Source of the DNA: a bacterium
GTDB lineage: Bacteria; Patescibacteriota; Minisyncoccia; UBA6257; GWB1-50-10
Assembly: GCA_021801565.1 (NCBI GenBank)
Contig: JAJYXV010000003.1
Location: 132,894-196,893, forward strand
Length of the DNA: 64,000 nucleotides
Direction of reading: 5' to 3'
Below the pieces are notes generated by a model. The model was not told the DNA's origin. It saw only the letters and a list, made by a program, of their open reading frames with translations, and searched no databases. This document shows positions 1 to 11,145 of the stretch, piece by piece (positions within the stretch are counted from its first letter, which is position 1; each line of letters starts with the position of its first letter). The position numbers and the translations under genes were made by a program.

Positions 1-1
1 C

Positions 2-445
2 GAGAAAGATCCATTTGGGATCAACTATAATGTGATTCAATCAAAAATTGCAATTGGTTCGGCGGGTTTTTTCGGAAAAGGATTCGGTCTTGGTACGCAA
101 TCGCATCTTCATTTTCTTCCAGAGGCACAAACTGATTTTATTTTTGCCGCATTTGTCGAAGAGTGGGGATTTTTTGGAGGGCTGTGTCTTATTGGAGCAT
201 TTTTCTTCCTTTTATACCGATTTGTGCAAATCGGACTTCGGGTTGGGGATAACTATTCAAAGTTTTTTATACTAGGGGCTGTTATTATCTTTACACTCCA
301 ATTTTTTATAAATATAGGCTCAGATTTGGGACTTATGCCAGTTACTGGTATTACCTTCCCGTTCTTTAGTTATGGAGGATCAAGTCTCTTGACGGCAGGG
401 ATACTTATAAGTATAATTGAGCATATCAAATTTGAATCCCGTTAA
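2..445 (+). CDS. rodA: SEDS-family peptidoglycan polymerase RodA/FtsW, 3' part (5'-truncated by window)
   Basis: QSKIAIGSAG, FLPEAQTDFIF and GITFPFFSYGGSS motifs; frame open from position 2. Confidence 0.85.
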   Translation, partial: EKDPFGINYNVIQSKIAIGSAGFFGKGFGLGTQSHLHFLPEAQTDFIFAAFVEEWGFFGGLCLIGAFFFLLYRFVQIGLRVGDNYSKFFILGAVIIFTLQFFINIGSDLGLMPVTGITFPFFSYGGSSLLTAGILISIIEHIKFESR

Positions 446-542
446 AGAACCGAGGAAGCGCTGTTTTTTGCGCAGTTTATCGTTTTCAAATTTGAAAACG
501 TTTTTCAAATGTCTTTGTGATTAAATTTAATTTTTCTTGTAA

Positions 543-1562
543 ATGAATCCTCAACTTAAACAAGAAGGCGCGGTAAATTTTCGTGTGCTTATTTGGCTTT
601 CTATAGTTTTATTTTGCATTATCGTGATTGCATATTTTTTCTATAGTTTGCAGCCAAATAATATTTCAAAAACTGAGCGGGAATTTAAAATTGCAAAAGG
701 GGAAGGACTCCGAGAAATTGGAGCACATCTTTCACAGGAATCTCTCGTGAAGTCGCTTACCATGTTTAAGGTATATGCCTTACTTATTGGAAAGGCTCAG
801 CGATTTCAACCGGGTGCATATATGCTTTCAGATACAATGAGTGTTCCGCAGATTGTGAATGCGCTTACATCAAAAGGAAGAAGCGATGTGCTTGTAACTA
901 TTCCAGAGGGGTCAACACTTGCAGATATTGATTCAATTCTTGCGGATGCAAAGATTACCGAAAAGGGCGCAGTTAAAAATTTTCCAACAAAAAATCTCGC
1001 ATCTGATTATTCGTTTTTGAATAATATTTCTTCTCTTGAAGGATTTCTATTTCCCGATTCATATTATTTTGAGTTGAATTCGTCTCCGGAAAAAGTAGTT
1101 CGGAGAATGCTTGATGTGTTTTCTGAAAAAATGTGGCCGCTTCTTTCTGGAGAAAAAGATTGGTATACGAAGCTTATCCTTTCTTCGTTTCTTGAGAGGG
1201 AAGTTCCTGAATTTGAAGATCGGCAGATTGTTGCGGGAATTCTGTTAAAACGACTTTCTATTAAAATGCCACTGCAAGTTGATGCGACAATCAGTTATGC
1301 GAAATGTGGAGGGCAAATACGCGGATGTAATGATGTATTAGTAACGCGTTCCGATCTTCATATTGCTTCTCCGTATAACACTTACGAACGACTTGGATTG
1401 ACGCCAACGCCGATTTCAAATCCTGGGGAATCAGCTATCCGAGCGGCGCTTTTACCCGAAAAAAGTCAGTATCTCTATTACCTTTCGTCTCCAAAAACAA
1501 AAGAAACACTCTTCTCAAAGACGCTAGAGGAGCACAATATAAAACGCGCAAAATATTTATAA
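543..1562 (+). CDS. mltG: Endolytic transglycosylase MltG
   Basis: N-terminal TM; TIPEG, LEGFLFPDSY, LQVDAT, SPYNTY, GLTPTPISNPG motifs. Confidence 0.93.
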   Translation: MNPQLKQEGAVNFRVLIWLSIVLFCIIVIAYFFYSLQPNNISKTEREFKIAKGEGLREIGAHLSQESLVKSLTMFKVYALLIGKAQRFQPGAYMLSDTMSVPQIVNALTSKGRSDVLVTIPEGSTLADIDSILADAKITEKGAVKNFPTKNLASDYSFLNNISSLEGFLFPDSYYFELNSSPEKVVRRMLDVFSEKMWPLLSGEKDWYTKLILSSFLEREVPEFEDRQIVAGILLKRLSIKMPLQVDATISYAKCGGQIRGCNDVLVTRSDLHIASPYNTYERLGLTPTPISNPGESAIRAALLPEKSQYLYYLSSPKTKETLFSKTLEEHNIKRAKYL

Positions 1563-1571
1563 AAAGGTCAT

Positions 1572-4500
1572 ATGGTACAACATTTAAAAACAAAAGTTTT
1601 TTCTTCATATCGCGGCCCGTCACATGAGTCGCCGAATCTCATAGAGATTCAATCAAAGTCGTTTCAGTGGTTCGTCGAAAAAGGACTTCGCGAACTTTTT
1701 GATGAAATTTCTCCAATCAAGGATCACACAGGAGAAGAGCTTGAATTGCATTTCCTTGATTATAAATTTGATCCGCCGAAGTATACAGAGCTTCAAGCAA
1801 AAGAAAAGGATCAAACATATGAAGCAGCTCTTCGGGTAAATTTAAGGCTTATCAATCACCAAACAAAAGAATCTAAAGTGCAGGAGGTATATCTTGGCGA
1901 TTTTCCGATTATGACCGAACGCGGAACATTCATTATTAACGGGGTTGAACGTGTGGTCATTTCCCAGCTCATTCGTTCTCCCGGTGTGTACTTTCTTATG
2001 AATATATTCCGTGGAAGGAAATTGTTTAGCGCAAAAGTAATTCCAAATCGCGGGGTGTGGCTTGAAATTGAAACGGAAGCCGATGGATTCCTCGGAGTAA
2101 AAATCGATCGAAAAAGAAAGGCTCCGGTAACCGAATTGTTGCGTATTTTTGGTATTGAAACTCCAGAAGAAATTTTGAAAACATTCGCGGACGTTGATAC
2201 GGGGAAAATAAAATATATTGAAACAACTCTCAAAAAGGACGAAGCAAAGACAGTTGAGGATTCATATTTGGAAATTTATCGGCGTCTTCGTCCTGGAGAT
2301 CTTGTAACCTCAGAAAGCGCGCACGCAATCATTGAACCGATGTTTTTCCGTTTTGATCGATACGATTTGAGCAAGGTAGGAAGATATAAAATAAACCAGC
2401 GACTTGGATTTACAAAAAAGAATTCGGGGCTTTTAGATCGTGAAGATCTCGTAGATATTGTGAAAGAAGTAATTCGACTGAACAATAATCAATTTGCAAA
2501 ACCTGATGATATCGACCATTTAGGAAATAGAAGAATCCGGGCGGTTGGTGAATTAGTGCAGGCAAGGCTTCGTGTGGGGTTTGCAAGACTGAGGAGGGGA
2601 GTACAAGACAGGATGTCGACGTTTGATAGAAACGGTCTTCAGCCTGTGCAACTTATTAATTATAAATTACTCACTGCAGTGGTACGGGACTTTTTTGCAT
2701 CATCCCAGTTATCTCAATTTATGGATCAGGTGAATCCTCTCGCGGAACTTGAACACAAAAGACGCCTTTCCACAATGGGTCCTGGTGGACTTACGCGGGA
2801 ACGAGCCGGATTTGAAGTTCGCGATGTGCACAGTTCATATTATGGACGTATTTGTCCAATTCAAACTCCGGAAGGTTCAAGTATTGGACTTGTAAGTTAT
2901 CTTTCAAGTTATGCTCGTCTCAATGAGTTTGGGTTTTTAGAGACGCCATATTTTAAAGTTGAAAATAGTACAGTAAAAAACGAGGTGATATGGCTTGATG
3001 CATTCAGTGAACAAAAATATAATATTGCCCAGTCTGATGTAAAACTTGATGACCATAATAAAATTGTTGAAAAAAGAATTCCTGCCCGTATTGGTGGTGT
3101 TGCGGGAATGTGTGAACGAGATGAAGTTCATTTCATTGATGTGTCACCAAATCAATCAGTAAGTATTTCAACATCACTTGTTCCATTTTTGGAACACAAT
3201 GATGCAAACCGTGCACTCATGGCATCAAACATGCAACGACAAGCAGTTCCCCCCATTTATGCGGAAGCCCCACTTGTTGGAACTGGACAAGAAGAACGCG
3301 CTGCGCGCGATTCTGCTCAAATGATTATTTCTGATGTCGATGGTGTAGTGCTTGAAGCAGACGCCGATGCGGTAGTAATAAAAACCGAAACTGGAAAAAA
3401 GACATTTTCACTTTTGAAGTTCAAGCGATCAAACCAATCAACATGTATTTCACAACGTCCAATAGTGGAAGTAGGACAAAAAGTGAAAAAAGGAACAATA
3501 CTTGCCGATGGCCCCGCGACTTCAAATGGAATACTGAGTCTGGGAAGAAATCTGTTAGTTGCATTTGTTCCATGGCAGGGAGGAAATTTCGAAGATGCTA
3601 TTGTTCTTTCTGAAAGAGTAGCAAAAGACGATTTCTTTACTTCCATTCATATTGAAACATGGGTATGTTCTGTACGTGACACAAAACTTGGCCCTGAAAT
3701 GACAACGCCGGATATTCCGAATGTTTCTGAAGATAAGCTGAGAAATCTTGATGAAGAGGGAATTATTCGCATTGGGGCAGAAGTAAGAGAAAATGACATT
3801 CTTGTCGGGAAAATTTCTCCGAAGGGTGAATCAGAACTTACTTCTGAGGAACGATTGTTAAGAGCAATTTTTGGTGAGAAAGCGCGAGATGTGAAAGATA
3901 CTTCGCTTACACTTCCTCATGGAAAACAGGGGAGGGTTATTGGAATTAAAATATTTTCGCGCGACCGAGGAGACAAACTTGAACCAGGAATTATAAAGAA
4001 AATTCAAGTTGAAGTCGCACAACTCAGAAAAATTCGTGCAGGAGATAAACTTGCCGGACGGTATGGAAATAAGGGTGTTATCTCAACCATTCGTCCAGTG
4101 GAAGATATGCCGTATTTGGAGGACGGAACTCCGGTGGATGTGGTGTTAAATCCGTTGGGTGTTGCATCGCGTATGAACCTTGGACAAATCATGGAAACCC
4201 ATCTTGGACTCGCTGCACATACATTAGGATATCGCGCAGTTGTTCCCGGGTTTATTGGCGGAACCGAAGGAAATATACGGGATGAATTAAAAGCCGCGGG
4301 ATTTCCCGAAGAGGGGAAGATAAAACTTTATGACGGACTTACTGGTCAATCATTTCGACAAGCTATTACTGTCGGATACATCTATATTATGAAACTAAAT
4401 CATCTTGTTGAAGATAAAATTCATATGCGTTCAACTGGTCCATATTCATTAATTACTCAGCAGCCGCTCGGAGGAAAGGCACAGCTTGGAGGACAACGAT

Positions 4501-4754
4501 TTGGAGAAATGGAGGTATGGGCACTTGAAGGATATGGCGCCGCGCACACTCTTCAAGAAATGCTTACTATTAAATCTGATGACGTAATGGGACGTTCTGC
4601 TGCGTTTGAATCAATTATTCGTGGTCAAGAAATTAAAAAGCCAAATCTTCCCGCATCGTTTAATGTACTTATTGCCGAATTAAAATCACTCGGATTAAAT
4701 GTGAGGTATGACTATGAAAAAAGTCGGATTGATGACGGAGGAGAAGAGAAATAA
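1572..4754 (+). CDS. rpoB: RNA polymerase beta subunit
   Basis: GTFIINGVERV, GDKLAGRYGNKG, GGQRFGEMEVWALE motifs. Confidence 0.99.
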   Translation: MVQHLKTKVFSSYRGPSHESPNLIEIQSKSFQWFVEKGLRELFDEISPIKDHTGEELELHFLDYKFDPPKYTELQAKEKDQTYEAALRVNLRLINHQTKESKVQEVYLGDFPIMTERGTFIINGVERVVISQLIRSPGVYFLMNIFRGRKLFSAKVIPNRGVWLEIETEADGFLGVKIDRKRKAPVTELLRIFGIETPEEILKTFADVDTGKIKYIETTLKKDEAKTVEDSYLEIYRRLRPGDLVTSESAHAIIEPMFFRFDRYDLSKVGRYKINQRLGFTKKNSGLLDREDLVDIVKEVIRLNNNQFAKPDDIDHLGNRRIRAVGELVQARLRVGFARLRRGVQDRMSTFDRNGLQPVQLINYKLLTAVVRDFFASSQLSQFMDQVNPLAELEHKRRLSTMGPGGLTRERAGFEVRDVHSSYYGRICPIQTPEGSSIGLVSYLSSYARLNEFGFLETPYFKVENSTVKNEVIWLDAFSEQKYNIAQSDVKLDDHNKIVEKRIPARIGGVAGMCERDEVHFIDVSPNQSVSISTSLVPFLEHNDANRALMASNMQRQAVPPIYAEAPLVGTGQEERAARDSAQMIISDVDGVVLEADADAVVIKTETGKKTFSLLKFKRSNQSTCISQRPIVEVGQKVKKGTILADGPATSNGILSLGRNLLVAFVPWQGGNFEDAIVLSERVAKDDFFTSIHIETWVCSVRDTKLGPEMTTPDIPNVSEDKLRNLDEEGIIRIGAEVRENDILVGKISPKGESELTSEERLLRAIFGEKARDVKDTSLTLPHGKQGRVIGIKIFSRDRGDKLEPGIIKKIQVEVAQLRKIRAGDKLAGRYGNKGVISTIRPVEDMPYLEDGTPVDVVLNPLGVASRMNLGQIMETHLGLAAHTLGYRAVVPGFIGGTEGNIRDELKAAGFPEEGKIKLYDGLTGQSFRQAITVGYIYIMKLNHLVEDKIHMRSTGPYSLITQQPLGGKAQLGGQRFGEMEVWALEGYGAAHTLQEMLTIKSDDVMGRSAAFESIIRGQEIKKPNLPASFNVLIAELKSLGLNVRYDYEKSRIDDGGEEK

Positions 4755-4764
4755 ATAAAAAATT

Positions 4765-7700
4765 ATGAACAAAAACGCTGATCTCAAATCAATTTCAATT
4801 GGAGTTGCAAGTCCTGAGGAGGTGCTTTCATGGTCACATGGGGAAGTATTAAAGCCTGAAACATTAAACTATAGAACGCAGAGGCCGGAAAAAGACGGAT
4901 TATTCTCAGAAAGAATTTTTGGTCCCACAAAAGACTATGAATGTTACTGTGGAAAATACAAAAAAATTCGTTATAAGGGAATTGTATGTGAAAAATGCGG
5001 TGTTGAGGTAACACGTGCTGTGGTGCGTCGTGAACGTATGGGGCACATTGCGCTTGCAACCCCAGTGACGCATATTTGGTTTTTACGAAATGTTCCTTCA
5101 AAAATGAGTTTACTTTTGAATATTTCAGTTCCAAAACTCGAAAAAGTAATTTACTATGCCGCATTCATTGTAACAGTGGTAAATGAAGAAAATAAAAAAC
5201 GTACTCTTGAAATTCTTGATAAAGAATTTAAATCGTTGAAACAGGATAAAAATGAAAACGTAAAAGAGTTAAAGGAATCAAAAGAACGGTTGAGAGATGT
5301 GGTGTCCGTGTTAGAACCGGGGCTTATTCTCACTGAATCTGAATATTATACATTAGCCGAAAAATTCGGAGATGTGTTTGAAGCGGATCGAGGGGCGGGT
5401 GCTATCAGAAAAATTTTGGAACAGATTGATTTGAAGGATTTGATGAAGAAATTGAAACATGAGCTTCAATCAGTAAAAGATGCAAATAGAGAAAAACGCG
5501 TGTTGCGTCGTCTCCAACTAGTAAAGTCTCTCTTGAAATCAGGAATTCGTCCAGAATGGATGGTGTTTACCGTACTTCCAGTGCTTCCTCCGGAATTACG
5601 TCCAATGGTAGCTCTTGAAGGAGGAAGATATGCGACTGCCGATTTAAATGATCTTTATCGCAGGGTGATAAATAGAAATAATCGTTTGAAAAAACTTATT
5701 GAATTAAAATCTCCTGAAGTAATTATCACAAATGAAAAAAGAATGCTTCAAGAAGCGGTTGATGCACTCATTGATAATTCCGCGCGCACCGGCGCACAAC
5801 TTCTGTCTTCACGACGGAGACCGCTTCGATCTCTTGCGGATATGTTAAAGGGAAAACAGGGAAGATTCAGACAAAATCTTCTAGGAAAACGAGTCGATTA
5901 TTCTGGTCGTTCAGTAATTGTGGTAGGTCCAGAACTGAGATTAAATGAATGCGGATTGCCGAAAAATCTTGCACTCGAACTTTTCAGACATTTTGTTATT
6001 AATAAAATTATTGAACGGGGGCTTGCGTATAATATTAAGCAGGCAAATCGTTTTATTGAACAACGATCGCCAGAGGTATGGGGAATTCTTGAAGAGGTAA
6101 TTGCTGATAAAAAAGTACTTTTGAACCGTGCGCCGACACTTCATCGTCTCGGTATTCAAGCATTCAAACCACTTCTCATTGAAGATCTTTGCATTAGAAT
6201 TCCTCCTCTTGTCTGCGAAGCGTTTAACGCAGATTTTGATGGAGACCAAATGGCGGTGCATCTTCCGCTTACCGTGGAAGCTCAATATGAGGCGAGTGCG
6301 CTTATGAATGCAGGACATAATCTTTTGAAACCCGCAAACGGAGAGCCGATTACGCGTCCAACGCAAGATGTTGTACTTGGATGTTATTTCTTGACGCGCA
6401 TTATGGAAGGGGTGAAGGGAGAGGGGAAAATATTTTCCGGATTTAATGAAGCAATGCTTGCATATGAACATGGATATCTTGATTTGAATGCAAAGATGAA
6501 GTGTGTTACGAGAGGACAGTTAATAGAGACGACATACGGACGATTGATTTTTAACAACGTACTTCCGGAAGGATTTCGGTTTGTGAATGAGGTACTCACA
6601 AAGAAGACTCTTTCAAAACTTGTAAGTGAAATTATTGATGTGCATGGTATTGAAAATTCACAGGATCATCTGGATGGTATTAAAAATCTTGGGTTTGTAT
6701 ATGCAACGCGTTCGGCAACCACGTGGGCGATGAGTGACACTCTTGTTCCGCAGGATAAACCGCAATTGATCGAGGAGGGAAATAAGCGAGTTGAACTTAT
6801 TGAGTCTCATTATGAAGATGGATTACTTACCGAAGATGAGCGCAGAGAAAAAATTGTTGAGGTGTGGACGAATATTCGTGAACAGATTGCACCGCTTATT
6901 CCAAAGGCAATGAAAGTTGAAAATCCGATTTTTTCTATTTTTGATTCTGGATCCCGTGGAAGTTGGGCGCAGCCGATTCAAATGATGGGAATGAAAGGGT
7001 TGGTGCTTGATGCAAACGGCAAGACAATTGAACTTCCTGTAAAATCTTCGTACAAAGAAGGTCTTGGGGTACTTGAATATTTCATATCAACACATGGTGC
7101 GCGTAAGGGTTCTACCGATACCGCATTAAAAACAGCATCAGCAGGATATCTTACCCGCAGACTTGTCGATGTATCACAAGATTTAATTATTAAAGAAGAT
7201 GATTGTGGAACGAGTGATGGAATTGATGTCATTCGTGCTGAAGGAGATAAATTTGGATATAAATTTGGTGATCGTCTATTTGGGAGAAAAGCAGCACAAG
7301 ATGTCCGCATCGACCGTAAATTGATTGTAAGAGAGGGAGAAATGATTACAAAAGAAATTGCAAAAATAATACAAGAATCGAAATTAGAGTCTATGAAAGT
7401 ACGTTCTCCGATCGCTTGTAAATCGTTTGATGGAATTTGTTCGGCATGTTTTGGCTTGGATTTAAGTAAGAATAAAATTGTTGCACAAGGAGAGGCGGTC
7501 GGTGTCGTTGCAGCTCAATCAATTGGAGAGCCTGGAACACAGCTTACCATGAGAACATTCCATATCGGAGGTGTTGCGGGATTCGATATTACCTACGGAC
7601 TTCCTCGTGTAGAAGAAATATTTGAGGCACGTCCTCCAAAGGGAAAGGCGATGCTTGCGAAAGAAGATGGAGTTGTTGAATTTATTAAAGAAGTAGGACT

Positions 7701-8412
7701 TACAAAAATAATAGAAATAAAAAATTCAAAGAGAACAACATCAAGATCAAAAAAATTAAAAGCAGGAGTAACCGAATATGTAGTTCCTCTGAATGTAAAT
7801 CTTTTTGTTAAAGTTGGTGACCGTGTAGAAAAGGGGCAGCAACTTTCAGAAGGTCCGCTTGATATTCGCGAAATTCTCTTATATAGAGGATTAGAAGAAG
7901 CACAGCGGTACATCGTAAATGAGGTGCAGAAGATTTATGTGCCTGAAGGTGCCTCAATTAACGATAAATACATTGAAATTATTGTACGCCAGATGTTTTC
8001 TCGAGTTGTAGTGAAAGACAGTGGTGATACAGAATTTACTGTTGATGAAGTAGTAGATAAACAGCGATTTCTGCGTATCAATAGAGAGGTAAGACATCTG
8101 AAGAAAAAACCCGCAAAAGCAATTATTCGTATTCTCGGTATTACTCGAGTAGCACTTACTTCGGATAGTTTCTTGTCTGCAGCATCTTTTCAGGAAACAA
8201 GTCGCGTGCTTGTAAATGCATCTGTAGAGGGAAAAACTGATGGACTCCGCGGGTTGAAGGAGAACGTTATTATCGGAAAACTGGTTCCAGTAGGAACTGG
8301 ATTTCGTGGCATTCCCGAAGAGGTATTAGCTATGAAAAAACTTATGTATGCCAACCCAGAAGAAACGAAAGAAGTAGTCGAACAAGGAGAAGAACATAAC
8401 GAGAAAATTTGA
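4765..8412 (+). CDS. rpoC: RNA polymerase beta' subunit
   Basis: NADFDGDQM catalytic motif, N-terminal zinc finger. Confidence 0.99.
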   Translation: MNKNADLKSISIGVASPEEVLSWSHGEVLKPETLNYRTQRPEKDGLFSERIFGPTKDYECYCGKYKKIRYKGIVCEKCGVEVTRAVVRRERMGHIALATPVTHIWFLRNVPSKMSLLLNISVPKLEKVIYYAAFIVTVVNEENKKRTLEILDKEFKSLKQDKNENVKELKESKERLRDVVSVLEPGLILTESEYYTLAEKFGDVFEADRGAGAIRKILEQIDLKDLMKKLKHELQSVKDANREKRVLRRLQLVKSLLKSGIRPEWMVFTVLPVLPPELRPMVALEGGRYATADLNDLYRRVINRNNRLKKLIELKSPEVIITNEKRMLQEAVDALIDNSARTGAQLLSSRRRPLRSLADMLKGKQGRFRQNLLGKRVDYSGRSVIVVGPELRLNECGLPKNLALELFRHFVINKIIERGLAYNIKQANRFIEQRSPEVWGILEEVIADKKVLLNRAPTLHRLGIQAFKPLLIEDLCIRIPPLVCEAFNADFDGDQMAVHLPLTVEAQYEASALMNAGHNLLKPANGEPITRPTQDVVLGCYFLTRIMEGVKGEGKIFSGFNEAMLAYEHGYLDLNAKMKCVTRGQLIETTYGRLIFNNVLPEGFRFVNEVLTKKTLSKLVSEIIDVHGIENSQDHLDGIKNLGFVYATRSATTWAMSDTLVPQDKPQLIEEGNKRVELIESHYEDGLLTEDERREKIVEVWTNIREQIAPLIPKAMKVENPIFSIFDSGSRGSWAQPIQMMGMKGLVLDANGKTIELPVKSSYKEGLGVLEYFISTHGARKGSTDTALKTASAGYLTRRLVDVSQDLIIKEDDCGTSDGIDVIRAEGDKFGYKFGDRLFGRKAAQDVRIDRKLIVREGEMITKEIAKIIQESKLESMKVRSPIACKSFDGICSACFGLDLSKNKIVAQGEAVGVVAAQSIGEPGTQLTMRTFHIGGVAGFDITYGLPRVEEIFEARPPKGKAMLAKEDGVVEFIKEVGLTKIIEIKNSKRTTSRSKKLKAGVTEYVVPLNVNLFVKVGDRVEKGQQLSEGPLDIREILLYRGLEEAQRYIVNEVQKIYVPEGASINDKYIEIIVRQMFSRVVVKDSGDTEFTVDEVVDKQRFLRINREVRHLKKKPAKAIIRILGITRVALTSDSFLSAASFQETSRVLVNASVEGKTDGLRGLKENVIIGKLVPVGTGFRGIPEEVLAMKKLMYANPEETKEVVEQGEEHNEKI

Positions 8413-8493
8413 TTCCGCATCCCGACTTATTTTATTTATGTGGGTGGGATTGACCGTCTGAGAGATAGCTGATATTGTATATAAGTAATTATT

Positions 8494-8931
8494 ATGGAAG
8501 ATTTTTCAACTATTGAAACACAAAAAATATATGATATTTCCTTCATTCAAAGAAGCGAGAATGTGGGTGTGGTGCGGCAGATTATAGAAAAATACGGAGG
8601 AGTTATATTAAATGAACATCCACTTGTAAAATTAAGACTTTCTTATCCAATTAAGAAAGAAACACAAGGATTTTTGGGTACAATTGAGTGTACGCTTCCA
8701 GCAGAATCAGTTCGTACTGTTTCTTCTGATGTAAAACTTGAGCATGATATTCTTCGTTTTATTGTGAATGTTCAAAACAAAATAAAGGAAGCCGCTCCGC
8801 GATCAAGTGAAGAGGGGGGATTACAACAGAGAAAAAAGAGAACAACCGTTCCACCGAAACCAAAGGGAGGATTTAACACAATACTTTCAAATGAGGCGTT
8901 ACAAGAAAAATTAGAAGAGATTCTTCAGTAA
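8494..8931 (+). CDS. rpsF: 30S ribosomal protein S6
   Basis: RLSYPIKK motif, ILRF C-terminal strand, rpsF-ssb-rpsR synteny. Confidence 0.85.
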   Translation: MEDFSTIETQKIYDISFIQRSENVGVVRQIIEKYGGVILNEHPLVKLRLSYPIKKETQGFLGTIECTLPAESVRTVSSDVKLEHDILRFIVNVQNKIKEAAPRSSEEGGLQQRKKRTTVPPKPKGGFNTILSNEALQEKLEEILQ

Positions 8932-8983
8932 TAATAAAAAGAAATTAGATAATAAAGGGTCGAAATATTCCATGCTTTAAAAA

Positions 8984-9445
8984 ATGAATTTAAATAAAGT
9001 TTTTATCTTTGGTAACCTCACTCGTGATCCAGAGCTCCGACAGACTCCGGGAGGACAATCTGTATGTACCTTGGGGGTCGCAACAAACTCTTTTTATGTT
9101 GACAAGTCAGGACAACGCCAACAACGAGCAGAATTCCATAATGTTGTTGTGTGGGGAAAACAAGCAGAAGTTGCTGGTCAATATCTTAAAAAAGGAGGGT
9201 CGGTATTGATAGAGGGAAGATTACAGACACGTTCATGGCAGGATAATCAGGGACAGGCGCGGAAGACAACCGAAATTATATGTGAAAGGATGCAACTTGG
9301 TCCGCGAGGAAGCGGTGCATCACATAAAGAATTCGATCGTGGAAATTTTCCTGATAACGAAGATCAGAGTGCACATATAAAAGAAGAGCTTCCGGAAATT
9401 AATATTGGAGAAGATGAAATAAAAGCAGAGGATATACCTTTTTAA
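8984..9445 (+). CDS. ssb: Single-stranded DNA-binding protein
   Basis: NKVFIFGNLTRDPE start, DIPF acidic tail. Confidence 0.98.
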   Translation: MNLNKVFIFGNLTRDPELRQTPGGQSVCTLGVATNSFYVDKSGQRQQRAEFHNVVVWGKQAEVAGQYLKKGGSVLIEGRLQTRSWQDNQGQARKTTEIICERMQLGPRGSGASHKEFDRGNFPDNEDQSAHIKEELPEINIGEDEIKAEDIPF

Positions 9446-9529
9446 GTGTGCTGTCGGAAATAAAATTTTGATCCTATTGTACAATAAAAATGGGAATGGA
9501 GAATTGTGTAATTTATATATAACTAGAAT

Positions 9530-9730
9530 ATGCGACAATGTTTTTTTTGTTCACAAAATGTAAAGGAAATTGATTATCGTAATGTTGAGCTTTTGAAACG
9601 GTTTGTTTCGAGCCAGGCAAAGATAATTGATCCGCGACATACCGGAGTATGTGCGAAACATCAACGTCATCTCGCAAACTCGATAAAACGCGCGAGAATC
9701 GCAGGGTTACTTCCATTTGTTCGTCGATAG
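9530..9730 (+). CDS. rpsR: 30S ribosomal protein S18
   Basis: CFFC...IDYRNVELLKRF...TGVCAKHQR. Confidence 0.97.
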   Translation: MRQCFFCSQNVKEIDYRNVELLKRFVSSQAKIIDPRHTGVCAKHQRHLANSIKRARIAGLLPFVRR

Positions 9731-9746
9731 TACATACATTATATTT

Positions 9747-10304
9747 ATGGCATTTGATAGTTTGCTCTTTGGAATTCTTCACAAATTTTTAGGAGTGTCG
9801 GGAATACTCGATGTTCTTATTGTTTTTCTTTCGAAATATCTTCCGTATATTGTGTGTGTTGCGGTTGTAATATTTCTCATACTCCACAAAAATGTTCGGG
9901 AGAAATTTTATATGTTTTTCTTTATTACTCTCTCGCTCATATTTTCTCGAGGAATCATCACGGAGGTAATCCGGTATTTTTATGCAAAGCCAAGGCCATT
10001 TGAATTTTTTGGGTTTCCTTCCCTTATTTCTGAAAGTGGACACGCATTTCCATCTGGACATGCCGCATTTTTCTTTGCACTTGCTTTTGCATTGTGGCTG
10101 TTTGATAAAAAATGGGGGAAATGGATTTTTATATTTGCAATTATAAACGGAGGTGCGCGTGTTGTTGCTGGGGTGCATTGGCCATTCGATATCATCGGAG
10201 GATTTGTTGTCGGAGGAATTTCGGTGTACCTTACCTATCTACTTCTTAGCCCATATAAACCAAAAAAGATAATAATTCAAGAAAGGTTAAATGCGAATGA
10301 ATAG
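9747..10304 (+). CDS. PAP2-family (undecaprenyl-PP type) phosphatase
   Basis: KPRP, FPSGH, RVVAGVHWPFD motifs. Confidence 0.9.
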   Translation: MAFDSLLFGILHKFLGVSGILDVLIVFLSKYLPYIVCVAVVIFLILHKNVREKFYMFFFITLSLIFSRGIITEVIRYFYAKPRPFEFFGFPSLISESGHAFPSGHAAFFFALAFALWLFDKKWGKWIFIFAIINGGARVVAGVHWPFDIIGGFVVGGISVYLTYLLLSPYKPKKIIIQERLNANE

Positions 10305-10731
10305 ATTTATGCCATTGTGGATATTATTTTCAATTTTTTCGGCGGTGTTTGCCGCATTGGTGGCAATCTTAGGAAAGATTGGGATTGCGAACATTGATAC
10401 AACGCTTGCAACAACGGTTCGCGCAGTGGTAATGGCTCTTTTTCTTGTTTTTGTTTCTCTCGCGCTTGGAAAAGGGAGTTTTCTTTCTGCTATAGGAAGC
10501 AAACCCCTTCTCTTTATTGTACTTTCCGGGATTGCTGGAGCACTTTCGTGGCTTTTTTATTTTTTTGCCTTAAAAATAGGACCCGCTTCTGCAGTTGCCG
10601 CACTCGACCGGTTGAGTGTCGTATTTGTCCTTATTTTTGCACTTCTGTTCTTGGGAGAACAATTCACATTAAAATCAGGACTTGGAGCACTTTTTGTGAC
10701 TATAGGTGCAATACTTATGGTATTAAAATAA
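10291..10731 (+). CDS. EamA/DMT-family small membrane transporter
   Basis: Five hydrophobic helices; SWLFYFFALKIG, LDRLSVV. Confidence 0.85.
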   Translation: MRMNRFMPLWILFSIFSAVFAALVAILGKIGIANIDTTLATTVRAVVMALFLVFVSLALGKGSFLSAIGSKPLLFIVLSGIAGALSWLFYFFALKIGPASAVAALDRLSVVFVLIFALLFLGEQFTLKSGLGALFVTIGAILMVLK

Positions 10732-10815
10732 TCCATTATTGCAGAATTTTTTTTGTGTGATATATTCGGTACATACCGTAATAAGGTCGTACGGTATTTT
10801 GAAAAATAATTTGTT

Positions 10816-11052
10816 ATGGCAAAAGTGATTATATATTCAACGCCGACATGTGTATTTTGCAAAATGGCAAAAACGTATTTTAACGAACATAATGTCCAGT
10901 TTGAAGACAAAAATGTAATGACTGATATCTCCGCACAAGAAGAAATGATTAAAAAGTCGGGTCAACTCGGAGTTCCGGTAATTGATATAGACGGGAAGAT
11001 TATTGTTGGTTTCGATAAACCGAAAATTTCATCTCTTTTAAATATAAAATAA
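10816..11052 (+). CDS. Glutaredoxin/NrdH-like redoxin
   Basis: YSTPTCVFC CxxC, GVPV, VGFD. Confidence 0.9.
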   Translation: MAKVIIYSTPTCVFCKMAKTYFNEHNVQFEDKNVMTDISAQEEMIKKSGQLGVPVIDIDGKIIVGFDKPKISSLLNIK

Positions 11053-11096
11053 AATTTTATTCCCCGGCGATCTTTCGCTGGGGAAATTGGGGAGAT

Positions 11097-11138
11097 GCCA
11101 ATGTAGCCCCGCCAGAGGCGGGCAAGTCAGTTGGTAGA
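11097..11138 (+). pseudogene. tRNA-Thr-like 5' relic split by a 19-nt hairpin insert (11108-11126)
   Basis: GCCAATGTAGC + CCCGCCAGAGGCGGGCAAG + TCAGTTGGTAGA; removing the insert gives GCCAATGTAGCTCAGTTGGTAGA. Confidence 0.8.
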
Positions 11139-11145
11139 TTTACCC

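Noticed and set aside
11060-11085. Hairpin after the redoxin gene as another micro-element
   Set aside because: Equally consistent with a terminator; no restorable target
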